A stretch of DNA of 46,959 nt, taken from NCBI GenBank assembly GCA_023128455.1, contig JAGMDW010000132.1, positions 1 through 46,959 on the forward strand, read 5' to 3'. Position numbers and translations under genes: made by a program. Position 1 is the stretch's first letter; the number at the start of each line of letters is the position of its first letter. Source of the stretch: Desulfurellaceae bacterium (GTDB lineage: Bacteria; Campylobacterota_A; Desulfurellia; JAGGSF01). Below, piece by piece: positions 8,930-20,832 of this stretch. The notes under the pieces were generated by a model. That model ran no database searches. It had not been told where the DNA came from and was given only the letters and a program-made list of their open reading frames with translations.

Positions 8930-9887
8930 CTTTTCTCCTATAAATAAATTCTAACATATTTTGAATGGTAAAGTCTTGTGGATAAACTACTTTTCCCCAA
9001 TCCTTTAAAACCTTTGCCGTCACCGGACCTATCGCTACAAACAAGCCTACATTTTTACTCCAATCTTTCCACATATCACCAAACAACTCAATTGTATGCT
9101 GAACCGTAGAAGGACTGGTAAACATAGCATAATCGATATAGCTTACATTCTTTGCCCTTTTAACAAAAGCATAGCATAAAGGGGGAATAATGTTTCTATA
9201 CAGAGAAAGTACCTTTATTTCTGCCCCCTTCTTCTTCAACTCCCGTTCTAAAACACCTCTGGTTTTCTCTGCCTGGGCAAGAAGCACCCTTCTGCCCCTT
9301 ATATCCGACTCGGCTAAAGCCTCAGCCAATTTTTCGCCTTTAAAGGTTTTAGGAACAACGGCCGCTCGTACTCCAAAATTATTTAAGACCTCCTCTGTTT
9401 TTTTACCCACACAAGCAATTTTTATAGCATCCAATTTTCTTATATCATCATTTAAAAATCTGAAAAAATAATTCACTCCCACTTTACTGGCAAAGATAAT
9501 CCAGTCTACATCAGGAATTTTAACCTCTTTAACAAGAGGTTTAAACGATATAGAGGGAAAGGGGTAAACACAATTTCCATCATGTTCCAGTCTGCTTGTA
9601 ACATTTATCAAATCATATTTTGACATAGAGAGAAAGACATTCTTCTTATCCAATGTATTTTCTTCTTTGTTTGTTTTGCTGTTCATAAGGATCAATCCTT
9701 CTTTTTTTTCCGCTTCAGAAGCATCCTTAAAAAACGCAACCTCTGCTTCCTCCTTACAAAAGAGAAGCATATTAGGCGAAAGGCCATCCTGAATGAAAAT
9801 GCGTTTTGCAATCTCTAAAGACCTCCTTAGTTTTTCTGGAACAAGATATAAAGGCAAAGAATTTACCACGAAAACTTCTCTATCCAT
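8904..9887 (-). CDS. hemD: Uroporphyrinogen-III synthase with ~80-aa N-terminal extension (or a later start at 9686)
   Basis: The HemD-like part begins near KNVFLSMSK...PFPSISFKPL...DWIIFASKVGVNYF...IACVGKKTEEVL...FTSPSTV. The ATG at 9887 overlaps the hemC stop by 8 nt. An internal ATG at 9686 has AAGGA 9 nt upstream. Confidence 0.8.
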   Translation of the reverse strand: MDREVFVVNSLPLYLVPEKLRRSLEIAKRIFIQDGLSPNMLLFCKEEAEVAFFKDASEAEKKEGLILMNSKTNKEENTLDKKNVFLSMSKYDLINVTSRLEHDGNCVYPFPSISFKPLVKEVKIPDVDWIIFASKVGVNYFFRFLNDDIRKLDAIKIACVGKKTEEVLNNFGVRAAVVPKTFKGEKLAEALAESDIRGRRVLLAQAEKTRGVLERELKKKGAEIKVLSLYRNIIPPLCYAFVKRAKNVSYIDYAMFTSPSTVQHTIELFGDMWKDWSKNVGLFVAIGPVTAKVLKDWGKVVYPQDFTIQNMLEFIYRRKDGRLGKDS

Positions 9888-10758
9888 CTTTTATCAATCT
9901 ATTCATCTTCTTCGCACACCTTTCCGGAAGCTCCTTCATACAAGAACTTTCTTCTGCAAAGTTAAACATCTTCCATTCTTTGTCTTCTTTTACAGCATAC
10001 ATCACAGATAAAGTCGCCCAGTCTCCTTTTGATGCAACATAAGCACCTATAGGATCATTGCATCCTGCCCCCATTAGGCGTATAAACTCTCTTTCCGCAC
10101 TGATACATTCAAATGTCTCCTCATCGTTTATAGAACACACAATACCCTTTACATTCGAGGTATCCATTGTTTCTATTCCTATTATCCCTTGTCCGCAAGC
10201 GGGAACAATAGGCAATGTCTCCATGTTTATATTCAAGTTAAGCCTCTTTATGGCTGCTTTTGCCAAAACAATTGCCTCATATTCACCTTTAAGCAGTTTT
10301 TTTATTCTCGTATCTACATTTCCTCTCAAAGGCTTAAAACAAAGATCTCTTCTTAAGGCTTTCAACTGAACTATCCTTCTTAGAGAAGATGTACCAATCA
10401 CTGCTCCTCTTTTTAAATCTTTAAAATATCCATCTCTACACAAAATAACATCGGATGGCTCTCCTCTTTTTAAGGTAGCGGCAATAATAAGATGAGGGAA
10501 AAGAATCGCAGGAACATCCTTCATGCTATGCACAGCTATATCAATCTCCCCATTTAAAAGTTTTTCTGCCAATATTTTCACAAACAAACCTTTCCCTCCA
10601 TACAAAGATAAAGACTTATCTAAAAACCTGTCTCCTTCTGTCTTTATAATCTTTATTTGTACTGAAAGATTTGGAAACTTACCAAGAATTGCTTTTTTCA
10701 CTGCATCTGCTTGCCAAAGAGCTAATTTGCTACCCCTTGTCCCCAAAGTAATTGTCAT
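9880..10758 (-). CDS. hemC: Hydroxymethylbilane synthase (porphobilinogen deaminase)
   Basis: 292 aa. N-terminus LGTRGSKLALWQA, GNVDTRIKKL, and cofactor Cys context GAGCNDPIGAY. Confidence 0.95.
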   Translation of the reverse strand: MTITLGTRGSKLALWQADAVKKAILGKFPNLSVQIKIIKTEGDRFLDKSLSLYGGKGLFVKILAEKLLNGEIDIAVHSMKDVPAILFPHLIIAATLKRGEPSDVILCRDGYFKDLKRGAVIGTSSLRRIVQLKALRRDLCFKPLRGNVDTRIKKLLKGEYEAIVLAKAAIKRLNLNINMETLPIVPACGQGIIGIETMDTSNVKGIVCSINDEETFECISAEREFIRLMGAGCNDPIGAYVASKGDWATLSVMYAVKEDKEWKMFNFAEESSCMKELPERCAKKMNRLIKDG

Positions 10759-12068
10759 TTTTTAGCATCGGCAGTTTCAGCAAAGAAACAGTGCGGACTG
10801 GCACTGGTGCTTTCCAAAGCAAAAATCTTTTTTATTGCCTCTACGTAAAGATCACCTTCGGGATGATTGAGAAAATCTTTTATGTTCTGCGTAGGTTCAT
10901 GTAAAAGCTTATTGAGCACAGACCTAATCATAGCCTCTATCAATATCTTATCCTTGTCTTCTATTCTATTTCCTAATTTTTTATACAACTTTTCCATTTC
11001 CTGATTTTTCAAAACATCGATCTTTTCCCTCAATTTTGCCGCTACCAATTCAAAGTCTAATGACTCTGTATAGCTAATATAACTCTCTACTTCTTGCTTG
11101 ATAAGTTTTTCTGCTTTCTGGGCATCGGCTTTTCTAAATTTAACTGCCTCATTCACTATATCCCTCAGCTCATCTATGTTATATACAAAAACCCCAGGAA
11201 TATCGGCTACACCATCTTCAACATCTCTTGGCACAGCTATGTCCATGATAAGCAGATTTTTTACCTTCTTTTCCACATCTTTTCTAAATATAACGGGCAG
11301 TGGAGAAGCGGTAGATGTTATTACCATGTCCACATCATTTATAAATTTTCCTATTTCATTCAATGAAATAGCTCTTGCCCCACAACTAAAGGCCAATTCT
11401 CCTGCTTTTTTTGGTGTCCTATCGGCAATGTATGCCACATTCGCCTGCCCCGCAAGAAGATATTTTAAGGATAGCTGAGCCATTTCTCCCACGCCAACTA
11501 TCATCGCTTTCTTTCCCTCAATACTACCACCAAAAAATTCCCTAATCTTAATTACCGCCGCATAACTTATAGAAACAGGTTTTTCGCCTAACTGGGTTTC
11601 CATTCTCACCATTCTAGCTACGCTGAAAGCCCTTCTCATTAGTCTGTTTAAGGAAACCCCAGATGTAGAAAACTCCACCGAACACCTATATGCTTCCTTC
11701 ATCTGCCCTAAAATCTGCGATTCTCCTACAATCAATGAATCTAAACTAGACGTTACCCTAAACACATGCCTTATCGCTTCTTCATCCAATCTTGTGTAAA
11801 TAAAGGGTGTTATGTTCTCTTTCGCTATACCCTTAAAATCCTGTATAAAACCCAAAGTATTACTTATACAAAAACAGGGATCCTTAGTTGCTCCAATTAT
11901 TTCTACTCTATTACAGGTAGAGAGAATCATTACCTCATCAATGCTCTTTTGGGTATACAATTTCTTCAACGGTACACCTATATTCTCGGCATCAAAAGAG
12001 AGTTTCTCTCTTAATGAGAAGGGAGATGTCTTATGATTCAACCCTACAACAAATATTACACGTTTCAT
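10755..12068 (-). CDS. hemA: Glutamyl-tRNA reductase
   Basis: 437 aa. GLNHKTSP, catalytic Cys in STCNRVEI, NAD(P)-binding GVGEMA. ATGA-type overlap with hemC. Confidence 0.95.
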   Translation of the reverse strand: MKRVIFVVGLNHKTSPFSLREKLSFDAENIGVPLKKLYTQKSIDEVMILSTCNRVEIIGATKDPCFCISNTLGFIQDFKGIAKENITPFIYTRLDEEAIRHVFRVTSSLDSLIVGESQILGQMKEAYRCSVEFSTSGVSLNRLMRRAFSVARMVRMETQLGEKPVSISYAAVIKIREFFGGSIEGKKAMIVGVGEMAQLSLKYLLAGQANVAYIADRTPKKAGELAFSCGARAISLNEIGKFINDVDMVITSTASPLPVIFRKDVEKKVKNLLIMDIAVPRDVEDGVADIPGVFVYNIDELRDIVNEAVKFRKADAQKAEKLIKQEVESYISYTESLDFELVAAKLREKIDVLKNQEMEKLYKKLGNRIEDKDKILIEAMIRSVLNKLLHEPTQNIKDFLNHPEGDLYVEAIKKIFALESTSASPHCFFAETADAKK

Positions 12069-12069
12069 A

Positions 12070-13041
12070 TTAATGCTCTCTATTTACCGAATAATCTATC
12101 AACGCCTCCAATACTTGCCTGGATGATGAAATTTCTATAAAGCTTATCGCCTTTTTTGCCCGCTCAGCATAATCTTCCGCTTTTTTTAAACTATACACAA
12201 TACCACTTCTCTTCTCTACTAATCGCTTTATCTTTAACAGGTTTTCTTTTTTCACATCAGATTTTTCCAATTTTCTCAGCGCATCCATCAGGTCTCCATC
12301 ATCATTATGTAAGCTGTGTATTAAAGGTAAAGTTGCCTTGCCTTCTCTTATATCCTTCATCGTCTCTTTCCCCATCTTTTCCTCAGTTCCCATATAATCT
12401 AACACATCATCATAGATCTGAAATGCAATACCTAAATTTTTCCCCATCTCAGAGAATAAATCTATTCTTTCCTTGTCACAACCGGAGAATATTGCCCCCA
12501 CAACGCCACTTGCTTCAATTAAAATACCTGTCTTCATATATATTATCTCTAAATACTCTTTTTCCGTCAGTTCCGTATTTCCAGTATTTTCTATCTCTTT
12601 TGTCTCTCCCTCAGAAAGAGTATAAGCTGCCTCTGATATTTTTTTGGCAATTTTTTTGTCATAGTCTAAAACCGCATTATAAGCCAAAGAATACATATAA
12701 TCACCGGTAAGAATCGATGCTTCATTCCCAAACAAGCGGTTAGAAGAGATAACCCCTCTGCGCACATCAGCTTCATCTATCACATCATCATGCAACAACG
12801 ATGCAGTATGCACCAGTTCCATAATCGCTCCCAATCTGTATAATGATGTCATATCCCCCTTATAGTTTGAACATAGAGCAGAATAAACAACCAATAACGG
12901 CCTCAACCTTTTCCCTGTTTTAATTGTCTGGTTAAAAACCTGCCGAGTGAGAGAAGATTGAGGGACAAACATCTTATACAACTGCTCATTTATCTTTTTA
13001 GTGTGCGTAGATATAATTTTTTTTAACCTATCCTTATTCAT
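12070..13041 (-). CDS. Long-chain trans-polyprenyl diphosphate synthase (IspB/HepT-like; chain length not assignable)
   Basis: 323 aa. First Asp-rich motif LLHDDVIDEAD and second motif FQIYDDVLD. Confidence 0.88.
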   Translation of the reverse strand: MNKDRLKKIISTHTKKINEQLYKMFVPQSSLTRQVFNQTIKTGKRLRPLLVVYSALCSNYKGDMTSLYRLGAIMELVHTASLLHDDVIDEADVRRGVISSNRLFGNEASILTGDYMYSLAYNAVLDYDKKIAKKISEAAYTLSEGETKEIENTGNTELTEKEYLEIIYMKTGILIEASGVVGAIFSGCDKERIDLFSEMGKNLGIAFQIYDDVLDYMGTEEKMGKETMKDIREGKATLPLIHSLHNDDGDLMDALRKLEKSDVKKENLLKIKRLVEKRSGIVYSLKKAEDYAERAKKAISFIEISSSRQVLEALIDYSVNREH

Positions 13042-13045
13042 ATTA

Positions 13046-15421
13046 CTAAACCAAAGACACTCCTACTATTACATCTCCTTCTTCCAATTTCTGCAATCTA
13101 ACGCCTAAAGCTACGCGAGAAAGTTTCTTTACATCTTTTGTATCTATGCGTATAACTCTACCCTTATTCGTTATAATGATTAAATTTTTCCCTTTTACGT
13201 CCGGTAATACCTCCACAACATATCCGCCTTTCTCTACGTTCATGCCCTTTACCCCTCTGCTGCCTCTATGTGTTTTTCTTATCTTATCTATGGATATCTT
13301 TTTACCATAACCTTTCTCTGTAACTAAGATGATATTCTCATAGCCTCTACAAGCAGAAATCACCTTATCCTCATTTATCAATCTCATCCCTATGACGCCC
13401 CGAGCACCTCTTCCCATCTCCCTCACATCGCTTACATCAAATCTTCCTAAAAAACCTTTGCGAGTAGAGACAAGTATGTCTCCATTGTCTATATTAAATA
13501 CCTTAACTACAAAATCTCCTTTTTTTAATGAGAGTGCTATCTTTCCGCTTCTACCTCCATCTAAAAGAGATACTTTTGTCTTTTTTATAATTCCCTGTTC
13601 TGTAATAAATACAAAATATGGCGCTTTCTCTTTCTCTAAAGAAACAACTGCCCTGATTTGTTCACCCTCTTGTAGGTTTATTACAGTGGACATAGGCTTA
13701 CCCTTGCCATAGAAGGTCGTTTCTGGCATAAGATATGCTTTTAAGGTAAATACCCTGCCATAGTTGGTAAAAAAATATAATAAATCAAGATTGTTCGCCG
13801 AGACAACAAGATAACCCACATCATCTGCTCTTAATGTCTCTTTTCTTCCCTTTCCCCCTCGAGCTTGAGGAACAAAACTACTTGCAGGAATTCTCTTTAC
13901 ATAATCTCTCTGAGTACAGGTTATAACAACCTCTTCTGGTTTTACTATATCTTCAAGACTTAAAGCCTTCTCGCTCTCTTTTATCCATGTTCTTCTATCA
14001 TCTCCGTATCTCTTCTTAATATCCAAAAGCTCATTAGTTATTACTTTATATAGTTCATCTTCTTGAGAGAGAATTTTTTTATAATAAGCAATGTCTTTTA
14101 ATAAAGATGCGTGTTCCTCTTGTATTTTTTTTCTCTCCAATGAAACCAAACGAGAGAGTTTCATATCCAATATCGCTTGAACCTGCAATACAGAAAGGGC
14201 AAATTTGGTTATCAACCTTTCTTTCGCCTCAGATGTAGTCTTCGATGATTTTATAATCTTCACCACTTCCTCAATGTTGTTGCAGGCAATTTCCAAACCC
14301 TCTAAAATATGCGCCCTTTCCTCAGCTTTCTTTAAAAGAAATTTAGTCCTGCGTGTTACGCAAATCTTTCTATGTTCTACAAATATTCTAATTAATGCCC
14401 TAAGCGTAAGAAGTTTAGGTACTCCCTTATCCAATGCCAGCATGTGAATACCAAATGTCGTTTCTAACGATGTAAATTTATAAAGTCTATTCAAGAGTAC
14501 GGATGTGTTTTCTCCCTTCTTTGGCTCAATCACAATTCTTATACCTTCCTTGCTGGATTCATCTCTCAAATCTAATATTCCTTCAATTCTGTTTTCCTTT
14601 ATTAGATTTGCAATGGATTGTACCAAAATGGATTTATTCACAGAAAATGGTATCTCGTAAATGACGATGCGTTTTTTCTTCCTTTCTTCCTCTATCTTTA
14701 CCTTCGCTCGCACCTTTATTTTTCCATTTCCCGTACTATACGCATCTCTGATCCCCTCCTTGCCTACAATGATGCCGCCGGTGGGAAAATCCGGTCCTTT
14801 AACAAATTCCATTAATTCATGGTCTTGTAGTTCACCTTTTCTTTCTATGTAAAAAATTGTGGCATCTATAACCTCTCTTAAATTATGAGGAGGCATATTA
14901 CATGAATAGCCTACAGCAATGCCTGAACTACCATTAATCAAAAGATTTGGTAAGGATGATGGAAGTATCACCGGTTCCTTTAATGTATCGTCATAGTTGG
15001 GACGAAAATCCACCGTATTCTTATCTAAATCTCTCAACATCTCTTCAGCAATACTCAATAGGCGTGCTTCTGTATAACGCATAGCTGCCGGTGGATCACC
15101 ATCTATAGAACCAAAATTCCCCTGACCATCTATCAAAGGACACCTTAAAGAGAAATTTTGAGCCATACGCACCAAAGCTTCATAGACCGCAGTATCTCCA
15201 TGAGGATGATATTTTCCTATCACATCACCTACAATACGAGCGCACTTTCTATGCGGCTTGCTATGTGCAAAACCGAGCTCATGGCAAGCATATAAAATTC
15301 GCCTATGTACAGGTTTTAAACCATCACGAGCATCCGGGATTGCTCTGCCTACAATAACACTCATTGCATACTCCATATAGGATTCTTGTAGGTTTTCTTT
15401 TATATCTATTAATTGTTCCAT
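13046..15421 (-). CDS. gyrA: DNA gyrase subunit A
   Basis: 791 aa. [18 protein letters not shown], catalytic-Tyr region [10 protein letters not shown], and C-terminal repeat (beta-pinwheel) region. Starts 1 nt after the gyrB stop. Confidence 0.97.
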   Translation of the reverse strand: MEQLIDIKENLQESYMEYAMSVIVGRAIPDARDGLKPVHRRILYACHELGFAHSKPHRKCARIVGDVIGKYHPHGDTAVYEALVRMAQNFSLRCPLIDGQGNFGSIDGDPPAAMRYTEARLLSIAEEMLRDLDKNTVDFRPNYDDTLKEPVILPSSLPNLLINGSSGIAVGYSCNMPPHNLREVIDATIFYIERKGELQDHELMEFVKGPDFPTGGIIVGKEGIRDAYSTGNGKIKVRAKVKIEEERKKKRIVIYEIPFSVNKSILVQSIANLIKENRIEGILDLRDESSKEGIRIVIEPKKGENTSVLLNRLYKFTSLETTFGIHMLALDKGVPKLLTLRALIRIFVEHRKICVTRRTKFLLKKAEERAHILEGLEIACNNIEEVVKIIKSSKTTSEAKERLITKFALSVLQVQAILDMKLSRLVSLERKKIQEEHASLLKDIAYYKKILSQEDELYKVITNELLDIKKRYGDDRRTWIKESEKALSLEDIVKPEEVVITCTQRDYVKRIPASSFVPQARGGKGRKETLRADDVGYLVVSANNLDLLYFFTNYGRVFTLKAYLMPETTFYGKGKPMSTVINLQEGEQIRAVVSLEKEKAPYFVFITEQGIIKKTKVSLLDGGRSGKIALSLKKGDFVVKVFNIDNGDILVSTRKGFLGRFDVSDVREMGRGARGVIGMRLINEDKVISACRGYENIILVTEKGYGKKISIDKIRKTHRGSRGVKGMNVEKGGYVVEVLPDVKGKNLIIITNKGRVIRIDTKDVKKLSRVALGVRLQKLEEGDVIVGVSLV

Positions 15422-15422
15422 C

Positions 15423-18885
<3,463 letters not shown>

Positions 18886-19014
18886 ATTTTCTCCTATTAT
18901 TTCTATTATAATATTTATTAAAAAGATAGTAGTCGTAGTAAGGGGGTGTGTTTTTGTTTAAATGTGTTGTTAATTTATTGTATATGGGATTGTTATTGTT
19001 TGTAAATGTGTTCA
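18886..19014. other. Candidate origin-unwinding module (oriC part) in the dnaA-dnaN spacer
   Basis: In order on the + strand:
- AT-rich tract at 18886-18926.
- Trinucleotide run TAG TAG TCG TAG TAA at 18927-18941.
- GGGGG at 18942-18946.
- TGTGTT at 18947, 18963 and 19007.
- A 10-nt direct repeat TAAATGTGTT at 18959-18968 and 19003-19012.
This matches the DnaA-box / GC-cluster / DnaA-trio / AT-rich architecture, but the boxes are non-canonical. Confidence 0.4.
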
Positions 19015-20301
19015 TAAGTGTTTGTTTTTTGACATAATGGGTAAGTTTTTTTCTAAATTTTCTATTTCATGTCTAAAAACTTCATCTTTTTGTATTGAAT
19101 TTTCTATTTTTTTAACAGCGTGGATAATTGTTGCGTGACTATTTATATTAAATTTTAATTTAATTTCTGATAGAGAGTGGTTGGTTAGTTTTCTTATTAG
19201 ATATATGGCAATTTTTCGCGGCTTAATAATTTCTTTATTTCTTTTACGGGACAACATATTATCTAATGTAATATGGTAGTTGTCGGCGATAACTTGTTGA
19301 ATATTCTCTATACTTAATTTTTCTTTTTTATAGGCAATCTCTTCACTGAGAACATTTTTTGCGAATTCAATATCTATGGGGTGTTTTATGATTGAGGAAT
19401 AAGCACCGATTTTTATAAGTACTCCTTCTATTTCTCTCACATTTGTATCTATATATTCTGCCAAAAGGTTTATTACATCATTACTTATTTCTATATTATT
19501 AAATTGTGCTTTTCTTTTAATAATAGCTATTCGTGTTTCAAACTCTGGCGGCTGGATATCCACAATAAGTCCCCAATTGAATCGCGATTTCAACCGATCT
19601 TCTATGTCAGGAATAAGAGCGGGGGGATTATCTGAGGTAAGCACGATTTGTCTTTGTCCTTCGTATAGCGTATTAAATGTGTGAAAAAACTCTTCTGCTG
19701 TTCTCTCTTTACCAGAAATAAACTGTATATCATCTATAAGAAGTAAGTCTATGTTCCTATATTTATTTCTAAACTCTGACATTGTCTTATTTTGAATGGA
19801 TGTGATGAGTTCGTTGGTAAATTCTTCACTGGAGATATAAATAATATTTAAATTGTCGTTTATATTATAAGCGTGGTTATGGATGGCATGCAGAAGATGT
19901 GTTTTTCCTAAACCCACTCCGCCGTATATAAATAGTGGATTATAGGCCTCACCAGGATGTTCGGCTACAGCATAACTGGCGGCATAGGCTAATTGATTAT
20001 TGGGACCAACTACAAAATTGTCAAATGTATATTTTTTACTAATATTATCCTTCTTTTTACTTTGTTTCCCTATATACTCACTATTTTTTATCTTTATCTT
20101 TATCTTTTTACCTTTTATTTTCTCTAATATTTTTTCCATCATATCTAAGTAGTGATTTTCTATCCATTTTTGCACAAAAAGATTAGGGACAAAAAGGATA
20201 AGGTTTTCCCCCTCAATTTTTTTCTCTGTAATTTGTGATATCCACACATCACATTCTTTCCCGTATTGCTTGTATAGTTCGTCACATAATTTATCCCACA
20301 T
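19012..20301 (-). CDS. dnaA: Chromosomal replication initiator DnaA
   Basis: 429 aa. The N-terminal W...L...W...PN.F..WI pattern starts at Met1. AAA+ Walker A GGVGLGKTHLL, Walker B LLLIDDIQF, and a C-terminal DNA-binding domain (IAIYLIRKLT...HATIIHAVKKIE). Confidence 0.96.
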   Translation of the reverse strand: MWDKLCDELYKQYGKECDVWISQITEKKIEGENLILFVPNLFVQKWIENHYLDMMEKILEKIKGKKIKIKIKNSEYIGKQSKKKDNISKKYTFDNFVVGPNNQLAYAASYAVAEHPGEAYNPLFIYGGVGLGKTHLLHAIHNHAYNINDNLNIIYISSEEFTNELITSIQNKTMSEFRNKYRNIDLLLIDDIQFISGKERTAEEFFHTFNTLYEGQRQIVLTSDNPPALIPDIEDRLKSRFNWGLIVDIQPPEFETRIAIIKRKAQFNNIEISNDVINLLAEYIDTNVREIEGVLIKIGAYSSIIKHPIDIEFAKNVLSEEIAYKKEKLSIENIQQVIADNYHITLDNMLSRKRNKEIIKPRKIAIYLIRKLTNHSLSEIKLKFNINSHATIIHAVKKIENSIQKDEVFRHEIENLEKNLPIMSKNKHL

Positions 20302-20309
20302 GTTTTTAT

Positions 20310-20338
20310 ATTATATATTTTTGGTGGTTTTTTTTCAA
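20310..20338 (-). promoter_or_regulatory. Predicted sigma70-type dnaA promoter, TTGAAA-17 nt-TATAAT
   Basis: The minus strand reads GCTTGAAAAAAAACCACCAAAAATATATAATATAAAAACATG. The -35 is at 20338-20333 and the -10 at 20315-20310. Only 8 nt separate the -10 from the dnaA ATG, and there is no SD. Confidence 0.45.
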
Positions 20339-20395
20339 GCACGCGAATTGCCTTATAAAAAGCTTCCAGAAAAATTGGAGGTTTTTATGAAAATG

Positions 20396-20424
20396 GTTGT
20401 CTTTATTAAAAATAAGGAGACAAC
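20396..20424 (+). other. Stem-loop (12 bp, 2-nt bulge, AAA loop) in the dnaA-upstream spacer
   Basis: GTTGTCT-TTATT-AAA-AATAA-GG-AGACAAC. The 3' arm contains AAGGAG (20414-20419), 7 nt before an ATG at 20427. Confidence 0.3.
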
Positions 20425-20525
20425 CTATGGGGTTACTTGCCGTTTATATTAAGCATAAAAAAAGGAAGCAAATCCTGGCCCCATCATCCATTAGATAAAC
20501 AATAGGGCCTCTAAGTAGAAGGGTT

Positions 20526-20831
20526 TTATTTCTTTAAAGTATTCGTATATTCATTTACATCTGCCCACTCTTTATCTGTCATCTTCTTTTGCAAGAATTT
20601 CATCTGTGCTTCTTTTTTTGCCCATTCTTTTTGCTCTTCTACAGTGTAAGCTTCTCCCTTAAAAAGTTTCGTCAATTTGAATGGTTTAGAACCATCTTTA
20701 CCGTGACAGGCTACACACATCCCTTTTCCATAATAGATCGCTTTACCAGCACCTATATCTTGAGCAAAACTCAAAGAAGAAACACCACCCAAAAGCACCA
20801 CTGCTGCTGCTAAACAAATAAGCTTTGTCAT
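20526..20831 (-). CDS. Periplasmic monohaem class-I cytochrome c (101 aa)
   Basis: Sec signal MTKLICLAAAVVLLGGVSSLSFA, a single CVACH motif and downstream Met candidates. GGAGG 9 nt before the ATG, inside the end of the NrfD-like gene. Confidence 0.88.
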   Translation of the reverse strand: MTKLICLAAAVVLLGGVSSLSFAQDIGAGKAIYYGKGMCVACHGKDGSKPFKLTKLFKGEAYTVEEQKEWAKKEAQMKFLQKKMTDKEWADVNEYTNTLKK

Positions 20832-20832
20832 T

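Noticed and set aside
12156-12710. A long antisense ORF (184 aa) opposite the polyprenyl synthase gene. Similar 60-130-aa shadow ORFs lie opposite tsaD, hemA, iorA, the SBP gene and others.
   Set aside because: All lie entirely inside well-supported genes on the other strand. They translate to low-complexity, Ser/Leu/Phe/Pro-rich sequence with no recognisable motifs and have no SD sequences. Such shadow frames are expected opposite A-rich coding strands.
20238-20300. DnaA-box-like sequences near the dnaA start: ATATCCACA (20238-20246, 8 of 9 matches to TTATCCACA) inside the palindromic TTGTGATATCCACA, and TTATCCCACA (20291-20300).
   Set aside because: Both are inside dnaA codons (DVWISQ and MWDK). 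With equal base frequencies, about ten matches of 8 or more out of 9 are expected by chance on both strands of a 47-kb window (28/4^9 x ~94,000 positions). The second has an extra base. They could be autoregulatory sites, but the sequence alone does not support that.
20457-20480. A seven-T run on the minus strand downstream of the monohaem cytochrome c gene, as an intrinsic terminator.
   Set aside because: The preceding sequence (GGCCAGGATTTGCTTCC) forms at most a 3-bp stem, so no credible hairpin exists. The bulged hairpin at 20396-20424 is followed on the minus strand only by CATTTTCAT.
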